In this document: piece after piece, positions 12,701-27,500 of the stretch
Numbering within the stretch: the stretch's first letter is position 1
How the letters are laid out: each line of letters opens with the position of its first letter
Source: Curvularia clavata
Taxonomy: Eukaryota
Direction: 5' to 3'
Assembly: GCA_023920165.1 (NCBI GenBank)
Contig: CP089281.1
Location: forward strand, 806,001-870,000
DNA: 64,000 nucleotides
Program-made: the position numbers and the translations under genes
Notes under the pieces: model-generated
The model's input: the letters and a program-made list of their open reading frames with translations, nothing else
Database searches by the model: none
Told to the model about the DNA's origin: nothing

Positions 12701-15700
12701 ATTCTTCAATACAAAAGGTGAGGAGTACCTTGCATTGCCGCTATTTCATCTCTTGGTTCGCATCTTTGAGCTTCAGAAGAGTGCCGATGGATCCAAGCTC
12801 CTTAGTACGATGTGTGCTTTGGGGTTACAATTCCTTCGTCTTGGCTACACTGGAAAAGCTGGTCTCTGTCTTGCCAAGGCTGAAGCGCTCATGGCATGCC
12901 GAACTTGTACAGTCGACGCCAAATTAGAGTGGCACTTGGCGTATGCAGAATATCTCTTGGGGGTAGGTAATACTGCGAAATGGTAAGAGGGAAACTCCGG
13001 TCGCTACTCACTATGTACTAATGTTTTGGCAGTTCGACAATTATGGCAAATGCCCAATCTATTGCTCTTGGAGATAACCAGTTCTTGGACCTCGCGAAGC
13101 CGACAACTACGCTTTCTGGCAGACTACGGTTCAACAGGATAGTAGCAGATGCATCTTATGTTCAGTCGCTGTTTGCCACTGCTGCTGGGTCGTATAAAGA
13201 AGCCGCTCGACATGCGAGACAGTGCGTCACACTGAACCGTCGCATTTGGGCCGCTCTTGAATCGCGGTCAAATGCCAGGAAAGCAACACCCGCGGACGAC
13301 TCCGAATCTGATATAGATGGGATGAGCCGAACAGCATTCGACCCATTGACCTCAGTGCGTATTGAAAAGGGAGTGCCTGTTGTTATGTCTGTAACACATG
13401 ACGCCCTCAACGGGCCTGACTTCTGGGCATTGGTCCCATCTCTGTATCGGGCTCTGATGCAACAGTCCCAGATATTTGCTCATCAAGGATTGCTACATGA
13501 GGCCATTTACGTTGCTGAACAAGCGGAAAAGGTTGCCTCTGCGACACAGTCTGCGACACTCAAGACCGATAATGCCAGCTGGCGTGCTGACTGTTGGGCG
13601 CAAAGCAATCGAACTGATAAAGCTGAAGCCATTCTGAAGGTGCTCGACGCACCTACTTCACGCAAATGTCTATCTACGGCCGGTTACTATTCCGCCGTTG
13701 CCAGGACCCATCACTGGAATGGCCAATACGAGCAAGAGATAGCGTCGTACAGCCTCATGGAGCAGCTCCTCACAGACTTGAGTTCACCCATATACATGAA
13801 GACTCTAGAATCTTTCTCTCCTTCAGTCGATACACTTACAGAACAACTGTCATCCTTGACCGTACAAGCTACCGAGGCGACCAAGCCAAAACCAGCAACG
13901 AGAGGCCGTAAGCCTGCAGCCAAAACAGCAACACGGGCAAATGCGAAACCGGCCACTGGTACTCGACCTAGAGCAGCCACGGGGCGAACAGCGAAGGCTG
14001 CTTCTAAAGTCAACCGCCAGCCTGATGCTCCGGCAGCACTGGATGGATCGAACACTGCAGAGCAATGTGCTGCATTATGTGTCTTCCAAGCTAGCATGAG
14101 AGATCGAGCCGTACTCGCAAATATCCTGCATGATGATCTCACCGAAGCATTGAAGCTCCTTGGACAAGCTGAAGATCTACAGAGCGGCCTCAATCAAGAA
14201 GTATCGCACATGTGGGCTACGTTCAAAGCGAGGCTTGCACAGAGCGCAAAACAAATTGCCGAGGATTTTACTGTCAACACGCTACCAGAGTCGACCATTG
14301 CGTTCCCTGCTTTTGGTCTCAAGGACCGCAGATTTTCCGAAGTGGGTCAAGTCGTTCCTCCCAAGAAAGGCACTGCAGGATCTTCTGCTGTTGCCAAATC
14401 TGGCCGAGCAAAGAAGCAATCGAAAGAGGATTTCATGGATACGCTGCGTGAAGCACGAGAAAGACTTGTAGAAGCACATGCTCTATGTGCTACTAATGGT
14501 TCCAATCATTTGTTTCGCCAAACCTCGATGGCCCTTGGCCACGTTACGGTACTGATGTCGGCCGTTTCTGGAAGCGACTTACCCGGCTCGTTGCACCCGT
14601 TGTATGCAGCTTACATGAGTGAACTACCCAAGGTCAATGCATTGCGACTGGTACAAGAGTCCACTGAAGCAGAGAAAGAGCAGCTATCCCGCGACGAGTG
14701 TCTGCGATGGCCAGTGACAGACCCCTCGTCTTTCTCGTTTGCTTCAGTCTCTGAGTTTCAGAGACTCTATGTTGACATCATTCCGGAAACATGGCATGCG
14801 ATATCGTTGGGTCTTAGCGAGGCCCGCGATGAGTTATTCATTACTCGCTTTGAGAGGGGACTATCTCCATTTGTGTTGCGTCTACCATTAGCTCGACACG
14901 CCTCTCGCGACATGGACGAAGACGAATTCTCGTTTGACGACGGAAAGAGAGACTTTGACGAACTCATTGAGCTTAGTGATTTCAGCACGCGGAGCGCCAA
15001 GGACATGACTTCCAGGGAGGCAAGACAGCAGTGGTGGGCCGAGCGCGAAGCTCTTGATACTCGGCTGCATGAGCTCCTGATCAACATGGAGAACATCTGG
15101 CTCGGAGGCTTCAAGGGTGTTTTTTCACAGCATGAGAGACAACCTGCTCTTCTTGCACAATTTCGGAAATCATTGGAAAGCATACTGGACGAGCACCTGC
15201 CGTCTCGCAGAAAGAAGAGTCAACAAAAGCGACCGGTGCTGGATACACGAGTTCTTGAGCTTTTCATTGGCCTAGGTGACGCTACCGACGAGGACCTTGA
15301 CCTGGACGAAGCGCTCATGGACTTGATCTACTTTGTCGTCGACATTCTCCAGTTCAACGGTGAGCGTAATGCCTATGATGAACTGGATTTCGATGCTATG
15401 GTGGTCGAGACATATGAAGCACTCCGTGCATACCACAGCGCGTCTCACAAACAGGAGGCAGTTACTTCTCATCACACAATACTCATCTTGGACAACAATC
15501 TCCATGCCTTTCCATGGGAGTCGCTGCCATGCCTGGAGCATCTTTCTATCTCGAGGCTGCCTTCTTTGGCTGCCCTCCGCGAAAGACTGCTCTCGGCCCA
15601 GCCATGTGCAGCCAAACCAGAAGACGCTCCACCTGGCCACTACATTCGTTCTAGCATTAGAGGAACTAGCATGCTCAACCCATCCGGAGACTTGGCTCAC

Positions 15701-16390
15701 ACGTCCAAAACGATAGCACCATGTCTAGATCAGCTACAGGGATCGTGGGACAGTATCAGCAACCGCGCACCATCGGAAAAAGAGTTTGAGAAGGCACTGC
15801 GAGAAAAAGACTTGGTGCTTTATTTTGGTCACGGGAGCGGTGCACAGTATGTCAAGTCCAAGGCGGTGCGCCGCCTTTACCCTGGCCAGCAAGGCGAGGA
15901 AAACAGGAAAGCAGGCTGTGCAACGACGCTGCTGTTTGGGTGCTCTTCGGTGCATCTTACCGAAAATGGCATATTTGAACCTTCGGGCATGCTTGCTTCT
16001 TATCTCACTGCCGGTGCACCCGCCGTCGTGGGCATGCTCTGGGATGTCACGGACAAGGACTGTGATCGTTTCGCTGTCAAGGCCGGCCAACTCTGGGGAC
16101 TGTGGCCAGAGGCACAAGAAGAAAGGGCTCCTTCCAAGACGCTGGCAAAGACTGCTGCGAAGAAGACGAAGGGCAAAGGCCGAGTTGGGCAATTGGTAGA
16201 TGAAGTGGGAGGGGCCAAGAAAGGGAAGAAGACTGCCAAGGCTAGTGACGAGGAGAGCGATGGTGAAGGCGAGAGGCGCAAGGGCGTGGGGCTGGATGAG
16301 GCAGTCCGCGATGCACGCAAAGCATGTGTCTTGAAGTATCTCAATGGGGCCGCGGCTGTTGTCTATGGCATCCCAGTGTATTTGGAGTAG
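9741..16390 (+). CDS. ESP1: Separase (peptidase C50; Esp1/Cut1/BimB)
   Basis: Two large ORFs join via intron 12983-13032. C-terminal WWAEREALD, FPWESLPCL, LNPSGDL; catalytic YFGHGSG (His) and LFGCSS (Cys); LWDVTDKDCD; VVYGIP. Confidence 0.95.
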
Positions 16391-16994
16391 GAAGACTGGC
16401 TAGGGGCTGAAACCGGCCAGGCAGTTTTGAATTTTAGTATTTTCTTTTTTTCCGCAAAGCCTCTCCAACTGATGACAGGGCAACGAGACATGGATGGCAT
16501 TGCAGCACACTTGGGTTAGCTAGCGATTGTTGAGGCCCAGGAGACCAGGACCGTTGTGATGTGATGAAATGCACAGACGGGCCCATTTTGTGGGTTGGTG
16601 GCCAGGGGGCTCGAGTTGGCCGAGTGGAGTGATCGGCCGAGCGCGATAACTATAACCAAGGTGACGGAGAAGGGCCGAGCGGGTGTGTGTGAAGTGCAAT
16701 GCAGCGCAGTGGGCCACGATCTACGTGCGAGGGGACATGTTTACACGTCCATCTAGACTCTGCCGGGCCAGCTGTCCGGACGTCGGTGCGCGCGTATGCT
16801 TTTTCGCGGAAGAGGCTCCGCTGGAGGCAAGCGAAGAATGACGACAAACTCTGCTGCCTTCTCCGGACACTACACTGGACCCTGATCCGCCGCCATGCCG
16901 TCAAGCCATAGTGCCTCTCCCCTGGGCACTTCACCACCCCACAAAGGCCACTCCTCCTAATCCTCTCTTGGGTGCTTATCCACGCGACACCGTC

Positions 16995-19530
16995 ATGACG
17001 GAACGCCCGGCCAAGTCGGCCTCGTCTCGCAAACGAGCCCTCGTGAGCTGCGACCGCTGCAAGATCCGCCGGGCGCGATGCATCCGCGACAATGCAGACA
17101 TGCCCTGCGCCGATTGCAAGGCCAGCGGCGTCCAGTGCGAGTCAAAACTCCCTCGCAAGCAGCGTGTCTACGGCAGTGTCGAGACGCTCAGTCTGCGCTA
17201 CAGGGCCCTCGAAGCCCTCGTCAAGGGCCTGTTCCCCAACGACAATGTCCAGGACACGGAAACCCTCTTCAAGATTGCCGCCGCCAGGAATATTGCCATG
17301 CCCGCCAGTGACGACTTCACGCCTGCCAACATCTTCAACAACAGTGCTAGTAGTGCCAGCCATCAACGGCCATCGTCACAGCATCAGCAACAACAACAAC
17401 AACAACAACCACGACAGCAACAAGCAAATCAACAATCTTTCCATACCTCGCCCTATTCACAGCAATCATCCTCTGGTGCCCACACCATCATCCATGAGGC
17501 TGCCCATTCTTCTGGAAGTAGTTCTCCACCCATCAAAAGCAAGCACCATCGCCGCAGTACATTCTCTGAGGCCCAGCGACCACCGTCTCGCGCCGAAGAA
17601 CTTCTGCGATCGAATCGACGCACTGCCCACTACTTTGGTCCCTCGAGTAGCTTTCGCCTCGCCACAACAATACGGACTCTTGCCGCCCGGTGGATAGCCG
17701 TCACGGGTGCAAGTGCTCACTCTTTCATCTCCGACCCTTCGAGTACCTCTGGCTCCATTCTGAAGCGCAGCAGTACCGACCCTTCAAACGAAGACCTCAC
17801 ATTGCATGAGACGACTCAACTTGTGATATCTGGTAAGGGAAACCGCAAACGATCCAGATCAGAGCTAGAAGAGTCTGGTGATGAGCCCATGCTCCGGGAG
17901 CAAAACGTCAATAGAGAGACCATTGGCAATTTCTTGCCCCCGAAAGCTACCGGCGAAGCACTGGTTTCCGCCTATTTCAGCCGCATTCACATGTATATGC
18001 CCCTGTTCAACAGAAGCGTCTTCCATCTTCGCCTGGAAGCAACCTATTCCCGGAACACCGAGCTGATTGAAGAATGCAAGGACACTGGCTGGTTAGTCGT
18101 CTTGGCTCTGGTCTTTTCTTTCGGATGCCAGCAACTGGACGAGCTTGATCCCAAGCAGGCCTACGATATGCGAATCCAGTACCTTGAATTTGCGAGAAGC
18201 CACTTCCGACAGCTTCTTACAACGGCATGCTTGGACAATGTTCAGGCACTCGTTCTGCTCAACATGCATCATCATAGTGTTGGGCAAAAGAGCAGCTCAT
18301 GGCTACTGATAGGTCTCGCTGCGCGCATGGTGAGTAGATAAACAGGTACACAGGTTCCTTTATTTACAACGTGTCCAGGCTACTACCATGGGAATGCACC
18401 GGGATGCGTCGAATCTGGAATTCGAATTTGTCGAGCGCAATACACGCCGCCAAGTGTGGTGGACCATTTACATTTTTGAAAAAACCCTGTGCAGCATTCT
18501 CGGACGCCCAACTGCAATCGATGATCGCGAAATGGCAATGCAGGTGCCGGAATCGCTGACGTGTGAGCAGCCAAGCATATCCCCAGACTCCATGAGTCTT
18601 TGCTTCGATCTCGTCCGCTTGTCCTACAGCGTCCGGCAACGCGCCTACTTCGATCAGACCTCGGCTGAAGAACGCTCACCAACGCCTGCAGTTGCAAAGG
18701 CGTTACTCCGAGAACTCGATACCTTTATCGCCAGTGTTCCTCCAAATATGTCGTTGGATTGCTACCCATTAACCGCGGAACACAAGTCCATGGTATTGCT
18801 ACTGCATATTTATTACTATCACACGCGTTGTATGATTACACGAGATTTCTTAGTGCAAAAGATTGAAAGCAACATATGCTTTCTGGAGAACGAAATGTTT
18901 CCCGGGTCGGATGACTGGCGAACAACTCTAATACTCGCCGAAGACTGCGTCGAGTCGGTACACAAAAGCTTGCAATGCATTAGGGGCGGAATCGAGCTCG
19001 GAATTATCGGGTACTCCTGGTTGGATTTCTTTTATGTTTTTCACTCAATAATGATTGTATGCGCCGACTTTCTCGCCCGACCAAAGGAGCAAGTAGAGAC
19101 GTCCAAGGACCATGAGCGCAAGGCAACTGTACGCGCCGTACTGGATCAAGTCCGCGACATGCAGGCTCTTGCGCCTACCTACAGGACACTCAGCCGAATC
19201 GCTTTACAATTTGCCAATATCACAGCTGTTGCCGACGATAGGAAGTCACTGACACCAACAGACACTCCACACGACCCGTCGCTGGAGCCTGTAGCGCCCG
19301 CAGCGAGCGACGCAGGTGCAGAGCATGTGATGCAGCTTGCAGATCTGGGCGAAGACTGGTTCACCAACGCGACCGCGGACCTGGGCTTAGATTTCTTTGA
19401 CTTGGGCCACGTGGCTAACCCGGTACCATACGCAATACCAGATCCTCCATGCTCTGATCAGACGGCCGAGCCGACTAACGACGTGGACGATTGGACTGCG
19501 AAAACACTAAAAGGACTACATACTTTGTAA
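16995..19530 (+). CDS. Zn(II)2Cys6 transcription factor with fungal-specific TF (middle homology) domain
   Basis: CDRCKIRRARC-x7-PCADCKASGVQC binuclear cluster, poly-Q linker, YFGPSS, LAARM|ATTMGMHRD, RRQVWWTIYIFEK, GRP. Intron 18330-18378. Confidence 0.92.
17384..17410 (+). repeat. (CAA)n microsatellite encoding poly-Gln
   Basis: cagcaacaacaacaacaacaacaacca inside the Zn2Cys6 gene. Confidence 0.8.
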
Positions 19531-19897
19531 TGACAAGTTCAAGTTTTGATGTTCATGTATATCAAGTAAATACTACGACTTTTTATCTTGCCGTCATGGA
19601 GTTTTTTGTATATAGCATGGATGACATCACGCTCTAGCATGGTGTTGGTGTTTGGGTCTAGCGAGCCGCCTGGAGCGATCCGCGTGCGCCATGTAATGCA
19701 CGATCGATCAGATCTGTCTATACCACTTTTGGAACTCCATGACGCATTTGTTTGACATTTATGTCGTGATAGCTACGAACAAATACAAGCCTGCAGTCGC
19801 TAATGCTTCTGTAGGATGTAGCTAAATTGCTACCCTTTTTTTCCCTTTTCTGATGCCATTCTCACACGATACAGAGCCCATACTGCCTACGACGAAC

Positions 19898-21775
19898 ATG
19901 GCGGGCGGCAACAACAAGGATGGGAAAAAGAAGAAGGTGCTTGTTGTAGGAGCTGGAGCTGCGGGTACTGTGACGAAAACTAGATTTGAAGTTTGCAGTT
20001 GTTAATGAGAGGCAGGAATGTCATGTGCTCACCATCTATCTGAGCACCCTGACAAATTCGACGTAACACTTATTGATGCAGTCGACTACTGCGGCGGCCA
20101 GGCTTTCTCCATTGGAATCGATAAAGAACGACATGGCGCAGACTGGCTCAACCAAGGTGTCCAAGGTGGCAGTTACATTTTCCACCATACCATGACCATG
20201 TTTGCTCGACAAGGTCACCACGCGGATCCTGTAAATCTCCATGTGTCGTTTGGCAAAGACGACATCTTCTGGACCAATGTCTTCCCGACTGAACTCCTAG
20301 CACGGCACCAGGGAGAAATCAAAAGGTTCTACAGAATGCTTAAAATTGTCCGTTGGTTTGAGCTGTTCTTCGCTCTGATCCCCATCAAAGTGCTTTTTAA
20401 AATGTTTTTCTTCTCCGAAGAATTCACAAACACCGTTGCTATGCCCATGATCGCGCTGTTCCTTGGTACCGGAAACGAGACGCCAAATGTACCGAGTATT
20501 ATTCTCGAGCGGCTCTGCACGAGTCCTACGTATGGAATGTGGTATCCGCCGGACAAGCATAGCATTGCCAGTAACTTGCCGCCGATGGTAGTGTTTCCCA
20601 AGTTCAGCGAATTTTATGAGCGCTGGAGGCAGGATTTGCTTAAGAGAGGGGTTAACGTTCGGCTTTCGACTGAGATCACTCAGGTTGTCAAGAGAGATAA
20701 GACTGGTGTTACTGTCAAGTTGATCAAGCGCACGCCTATGCCTGACGCGCATAACCCAAACAGTTCACATGTACCATATGATGATGAGCATAATGCGGAT
20801 GCCGATGCCCTGGAGAAAGAAGAGCATTACGACGAGCTGATACTCTGCGTCCTGTAAGTCCCACATCCTTCCTTCCTCTCCTCAAAACCCAACACTAACA
20901 TACCCGCCACTCTCAGCGCCGACACTGCCAAGCGCATTCTAGAACCCACCGCCTCCCTCCGCGAAAAGCGCGTCCTGGGCTCCGCAAAATTCTCCAACGA
21001 CATAACCGTCACGCACTGGGACTCAGACTACATGCTCAAACACTACGAAAACTTCTACACACCCACGCGCTCCGTGTCCTCGCTCAGCAACATCGACCAG
21101 TCCGGCCGAAACGACTACGCATCCAAAAACTTCAAGCCCATGTACTACATCAAAATGTATCCTCAAGACCGCTCCAAGCTAGAAATGTGCTTCGACTGCA
21201 CAAACTACCAATCGCAGTTCCCACCAGACATGCCCTTTGACAAGCACGTGTTCCAAACCATTTACCTGAACAAAGAGCGCGACGGCCACCTGTGGAGCAT
21301 CGATGAAATCGACAAGGACAAGATTATCCGAAAGGACTGGTGGCATCAGCTGTGCCACTCATGGACCCATTATCTCTTCGTGGTGCCCTGGATGTGGGCG
21401 CTCCAAGGACGCAAGCACACGCGTTTCGCAGCCGCATGGACACTAATCAACGCGCATGAAGTGGCCGTTATGAGCGGTATTGCGGCGGCTGTGGACCTGG
21501 GCGCAGAGTACCCTGCGGATCTGGAGAGGGATAGGTTTGCGTTTTTGTGCTTTAGACTGTACTATCTGCTCGCGTATGGAAAGTGGTATCGGAGGAGGGC
21601 GACAAAGAAGACAAAGGAGGGGCCGGGCAAGGACTGGGCGAGTGGGCTGTATGGGAGCGTGTATAGGGGTCCTGGTGTTACGGATGTGGATCGCTCGCAG
21701 TGGAGGGAGGAGAATGGGATTCAGAGTGAGCCGGAGAGGTATAAGTTTCCCAAGAATGCTGGGCATAGAGAGTGA
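19898..21775 (+). CDS. FAD/NAD(P)-binding flavoprotein (flavin-containing amine oxidase-like)
   Basis: N-terminal Rossmann motif KVLVVGAGAAGMSCA and YCGGQA. Introns 19965-20015 and 20854-20916 join the frames. C-terminal NAHEVAVMSG. Confidence 0.85.
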
Positions 21776-21803
21776 GTGAGTGAGTGAGTGAGGGAGGGAG
21801 GGG
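21769..21803 (+). repeat. (GAGT)n/(GAGG)n microsatellite
   Basis: gagtgagtgagtgagtgagtgagggagggaggg at the flavoprotein stop codon. Confidence 0.75.
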
Positions 21804-22241
21804 AAAGCTTGCTCGGGTGCTGAAGAGTTCCGTGTGGTGTCACTGGGAAGAGATGGATTTCGGTTGTCGAGCACTTGATACCTATCACATTATAATCAAT
21901 TTTCAGATTCACTTCCCACACGAATAAATCTCACAAGTAACCGATCGTGGAGCGATTAGTAAGGAAAGAAATCAAATATTAGGTGCATGCTACGGATAAC
22001 GACCCAGGCCAAACGAAGGAAAGGGGGTATATGTAAGCAGTGTGAACAGCATAAAAAGACCAAACATGCATATGCGATCCTAGAGAATACCACGGCTACA
22101 GTGCTCGGAAAGAAAACTTGCCACACCCAAATCAACGCCGAGACAGTCCCTTATTCTGGAATAGAATAAGCAGCCCGCAAACAAGAACTAGATTCGCTAC
22201 GTGATCGTCGTACGTCTGAGAAGTAAAGAAACGTCAGCACA

Positions 22242-23907
22242 CTACTTCCTCTCCCGAGTCGCTCCGTCTACAGGCTTCACGCTTGTGCTGCCCTCAAGTG
22301 GAGGAATGTAACCTAGCTGCTTATCCGCGTGATCACCTTGAGGCGTGTAAGGTGTGAAACCTCCCTCGGGAGATGCCTGCCACTTTGCCATGTCCTTCTT
22401 GAGCTGCTCGAGCTCCTTCTGAAAGCGATTTCCAAAGACATCAATGTAGTATGTGGCGCCGTTGTAAACACTCCAGACAAAGACAGTGCTGAGGAACAGA
22501 CCACTAGGCCAGCGGTACCAGAACCACAACTGGCAGGGAAGCATGGTGAGAACAGCGTAGCTGTATTGGATGAACATGAAGGCTGGCTCCTGGAGGAATT
22601 CGGGCAGCGACAGGACGATTTTACCAATCCACGTCTTGGCATACGACTTTCGGAGCCACGTGAAGCTGGTAGGTCGACCTGCTGCAATCTTATCGCGACG
22701 GCGTACGGTGATGAGGAAGTGGTAGGACAACTGCCAAATGGCATACGGGCAGGAGGCCCATAGCATCATCTGGAACAGGCCGTAATGGTGGGGAGAGGTC
22801 GGGTCCGAGTGGCGAATATTGTAGATGGCAGGATAGTGCTCTTGTTGATATTCTGGCGAGAGCAGGTGCACGATGCAGTGCAGCGTGACACAGGGCATGA
22901 TGTGAATGAAAAGACTATAAGAGTAAGTATGAACACGATACTGGGGGGATACGGGAGACTAACCTCACAACCTTGTCCATGCTGTGGAATACGAGCGAGT
23001 TCCTCCACATGATGATGGCGACGGCGTTGTTTCCATTGGCAAGGCAGTACGTAGCAATGAAGAGTCGCTTAGACTGGGGAAAGATCCACATGGTCAGGAC
23101 CATAAGGATGTTGACAAAGTAACACAGGTCGGCCAAGAAGTAGTGGTAGCCCTTCTTGTGGTAGGTGACGAAGCGGATGGGCATAAAGTAGAGGAGTTGG
23201 GCGGTATACCAGTGGGGAAAGTACTCTGGATGGGAACCAACCAAATATCCCGAGACGAAGATATTCATGACGGCAGCAATGAAGGATGCCTTTTCCCGTG
23301 CAGTCACTGTAATAGACTCTTTCCAGCGCTGGTTCAGACGGTCGACCGAACGGCGCATGCGCTTCCTGTACTTTTCGAGCTGCTCAGCTTCGGTTGGGAC
23401 TCTGCGTCGCCACTCTTCGACCACACGGTCTCTAGTTATGCCTCTGTTCTTTGCCTGGTTCTTGATCTTCTCCGTCTGGTTGGAGATGGAGGTCTGAATC
23501 TTCTCGATACGCTGCGCGAGCGCGAGATTCTCCACAAAATCGAACATGGTGAGCTTCTCAACAGGTGGAAAGAAAGAGGCATCTTCGTAGTCGGATTCGT
23601 CATGGTAGGAGCTGTTGGAGAAGGAAGCGGAGCGGGAGAGCCCCGGCGTAGAAGCTGGGTGGTTTGCGGATGAAGAGGCGTGGTCGTCCATGATAGCAGA
23701 GCCGGCATGAGTCGAGTCGCCGGGTAGCGGACGGGTAGAGAGCTCAGAGACTCCTAGCTGGGGCTCTGAGTGGGACTTGGGCACAGCGGCCGCATCATCG
23801 TCTAGGGTCGACATGATGGGAACCTCTTCCTGGACGATCTCAAGTCTCGAGGGAGTTCGGCGATGGAGGGGTCGCTTTAGGGAGCGGGGAGGAGAAGCTG
23901 GAGCCAT
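22242..23907 (-). CDS. GPC1: Glycerophosphocholine acyltransferase (DUF2838 family membrane protein)
   Basis: Motifs YHYFLADLCYFVN, WRNSLVFHSMDKVVSLFIH, RPTSFTWL, NGATYYIDVFG. Intron 22915-22963. Start at ATG 23907 is my choice; a downstream Met is possible. Confidence 0.85.
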
Positions 23908-24435
23908 GGTGGCCGTTAGCAGTCGTGCAGAGGCGAGTGTAGCTGGGATGGTCCATGGTGGAGTAGAAGGACCGACCCTTGGGGGCAAGAGCGTACAGTG
24001 ATGGAGAGCAGCCTGGACCAGATGCAGTCAGGCCTTATGTTCTCATGACAAGACGAGACGACAAGGATTTGCGGGGGTCTGAACAGCTTCGGCGGTGCTG
24101 AGTCTTGCAGCTTTCGAGAAATCGGATCGTGGGTGAATGCCAGCTGTTGATTGGCAAGCTTCCCACCGTCGTTGCTGGCGCGGGCACTGTTGGCGTGTGA
24201 GGGCAGACGGTCACGAGGGTTGGCGATCTGTGGAGCCGATGACTGGAGCGTCTGCAGAGCGTTTGCTGTGTGTATAGTTGTATACGAGACCGAGTCTGGG
24301 TGCGGGTGTGTATTTGTATATGCAAAGGTACGGTGAATCGAGCGAGCGCATGCCACCAAGAAGCCTGGCACCTGGTTTCGTCACTGCGGGCCACAATCAT
24401 GCGCCAACTACGGCGGGCGCTTTGTCCGCAGCTTG

Positions 24436-24448
24436 ACGCGACTACGCG
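24436..24448 (+). promoter_or_regulatory. Tandem MCB-like ACGCG cores upstream of SMC1
   Basis: gACGCGactACGCGc about 120-130 bp upstream of the SMC1 ATG. Cohesin genes are MBF targets in yeasts. Confidence 0.45.
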
Positions 24449-24567
24449 CTTCACCGCGGCCCTCGCCATTCACTACCTGCCAGACCCACCCCGCGACACT
24501 CCCCCGCGACGCCCCCCCTGCTGCAGCGCGCTCACGATTTCTGGTGTCGCCTCGCTCAACCGCAATC

Positions 24568-27500
24568 ATGGGCAAGCTCGTGAGGCTTGAGATTTACAGT
24601 GCGTCACGCCTTTACGCGCAATGGCTGCCCTCCGCTAACATGCCCAGACTTCAAGTCGTACCGGGGACGACACACGCTTCTTTTCGGCGACTCATATTTC
24701 ACCTCCATCATCGGCCCCAATGGATCCGGAAAGTCAAACAGTATGGACGCCATCTCCTTTGTCCTGGGAGTTAGGTCGTCCCATCTGCGCTCCGACAAGC
24801 TGAAGGACATGGTCTACCGCGGCAGAATCATTCAGGAAGCGCGAATTGCTGCCGATGGCACAGCGACCGAAGCTGGCGGCAATGGCAATGGCGAGTCCAA
24901 CGGTGACTCCCAAGAGAATGGCGAATCGCAGACGAGCAGCCAGCGCAACGATCCCCAGAATGCATGGGTCAAGGCTGTCTTCGAGGACGACGCGGAGCAG
25001 ACGCACGAATGGCAGCGCACCATCACCAGCTCCGGCTCCAGTGAATACCGCATCAACAATCGGGTCGTTACCCAGAAGCAGTACAACGACGCGCTTGAAG
25101 AGCACAGTATCTTGGTCAAGGCAAGAAACTTTCTCGTCTTCCAGGGAGACGTTGAAAAACTCGCCACAACAGCACCTGAGCAGCTTACGCTACAAGTTGA
25201 GCGCATCTCGGGCAGTCTGGAACAAAAGGCCGAATATGATCGTCTAAAGGAAGAATCCGAGGCGGCAACCGAGGACAATGCAAAGCATCTACACGAGCGC
25301 CGCGCAATTAACGGAGAACTCAAGACATACCAGGATCAGAAGGCCGAAGCCGACGAGTATGAGAAGAAGCTCGCTGAGCGGGACCAAGCTGTCATCACGA
25401 AGAACCTGTGGAAGCTTTATCTTTACCAGCAGGTTATGGAGAGAGCGAGGAGCAAGATTGCAAGTCACCAGGAGGAGCTCAAGGAGCATAAGCGCAGTGT
25501 CGAGAAGTACCATCAAAGACATGAGGCGGAAAGACAGGCTGAAGCCAAGATCAGGCGAGATCTCGCAAAGACTGACCAAAACACAAAAGCCAAAGAAAAG
25601 GAAATCGAGGACACCTCAAACGAGCTCGCACCCATCGAAGAAAAGATTCGTCTATCCAACGAAACCCGACGAAAGTATGAAAGCAGGATTGAGGAGCTTA
25701 GGAAGAAGCGAGACGCTGAGAAGAAGGCTGTCGAGAAGTGCCAGAAGGACCTGGAGCTTGTGCAAAAGGCTGAAAAGAAATGGGAGGATGACTTCAAAGC
25801 GGCTGCTCAAAACCAGGGACGAGAGCTCTCGGAACAGGACCTCCAGGAATATGGTCGTCTGCGCAGCGAAGTCTTGAAGCGCACCCACGGTGACCAGATG
25901 CAGATAGACAAGCTAAAGCGAGAAGTCGAGACAGATCGTGATCATGTCAGGAATCTGCAGCAGAGCGTCGAGAGCCACGAAAAGGCTGTTGAGAAACTGA
26001 ATGCAGACATCAGTCAGCTCGAGGAGCGTCAGCGAGCTTCCAAGGCACAGACTCAAGAGCTCGAGAGCGCAAGAGCCGCCAAGCAGCAAGAGCTGGACAG
26101 GCTCAGAGCCGACCGAAAGCAGATCGAGATGCAATACTACGAGAAGAACCAACTGCTGCAAGAAGTTCTGAAGCAGTTGAGCATCGTCGAAGGTAGCCGC
26201 CGCGAGTCAAGGAAGCAACAGGAGGCCCGCAGGACTATTGAGCGCCTCAAGACCCGATTTGGCTCTGAAAAGGTCCATGGCCGATACAAGGATCTGATTA
26301 CACCCAAGATGCAAAAGTATCGCAAGGCGATTGGTCGTGTGCTTGGACACCAGATGGATACCGTCATTGTCGACACCGAAGCCACTGCTAAAGCATGCAT
26401 TGATTACCTCAAAGCAGAACGTATCGGTGTCATGTCTTTCAACCCTCTTGACTCCATCCAGATTCAAGCCGTCGATCCCCAGCTCAAAGGTATGCACGAA
26501 GGCATGCGTCTTGCCATAGATTGCATCAACTACGAACCAAAGCATGAGAGAGCAATGACTGCCGCTTGTGGAAACACCATGATCTGCAACACAGAAAAGC
26601 TGGCGAAAGAGCTTCGATACTCCAAGCGGATCGAGGTGAAGGCTGTCACTCTGGACGGTCGCGTCATCGGAAAGGGCGGTACACAGACGGGTGGTGAGCT
26701 TGATCGAGATGATGATTCAAGCGAACAGCAGTGGGACGAGCGCTCTTACCAAACTCTGCTGGATAAGAGGAACAGGTACGAGGAAGAGCTCCGCGCCCTT
26801 CCCAAGCAAGACCGTCAATACACCCAAGAACAAACACTCGAGGTTGAGCTTCTTGATCTACAAGAGCAGATTGCTCGAGCTAAAGAGGAAGCGAGGGCAC
26901 TTAGCCGCAACATTGAGAGTGTTAAGAAGGAGCTGGCGCATCACAAGAGCGAGCTCAAAGGTGTTCGCCCCAACTACGACCAGCAGGTGCAGCGTCTGCA
27001 GAGTCGAGAGGAAGAACTCAGGCGTTACCAGGATACTGTCAACCAGGTCAATGACCAGGTCTTTGCTGCGTTCTGCCAGCGACTGGGATATGCATCAATA
27101 CGCGACTACGAAGCTCAGCAGGGTACTGTTCAGCAAGAAGCAGCTGAAAAGCGTCTCGAGTTTAGCAAGCAGCGTAGCAGGCTTCAGTACCTGATGAAGC
27201 AGGTCGACTCATCCCTGCGTGGTGTTGAGGAGCGCCTTAAGCAAGCAGAAGATGAGATCAAACGTAAAACTGCCGACATTACAGAGCTTGAGGGTAAGCA
27301 AGAGGAGCTGCAGAGCGCAAGAGATGTACTCCAAGCGGAGCTCGAGACATTGCAAGACAAGCGAAGGCGCTTGGAAGAAAAGCTTGCCGAGCGAGTCTCT
27401 GCGGTCAAGGAAGCACGCCGCGCCCTGGATCAGCGAAACGAAAAGGTCAAGCATGTGCTCAAGGCGGTTGATGAAGAGGACGCAAAGATCAAATCGAGCG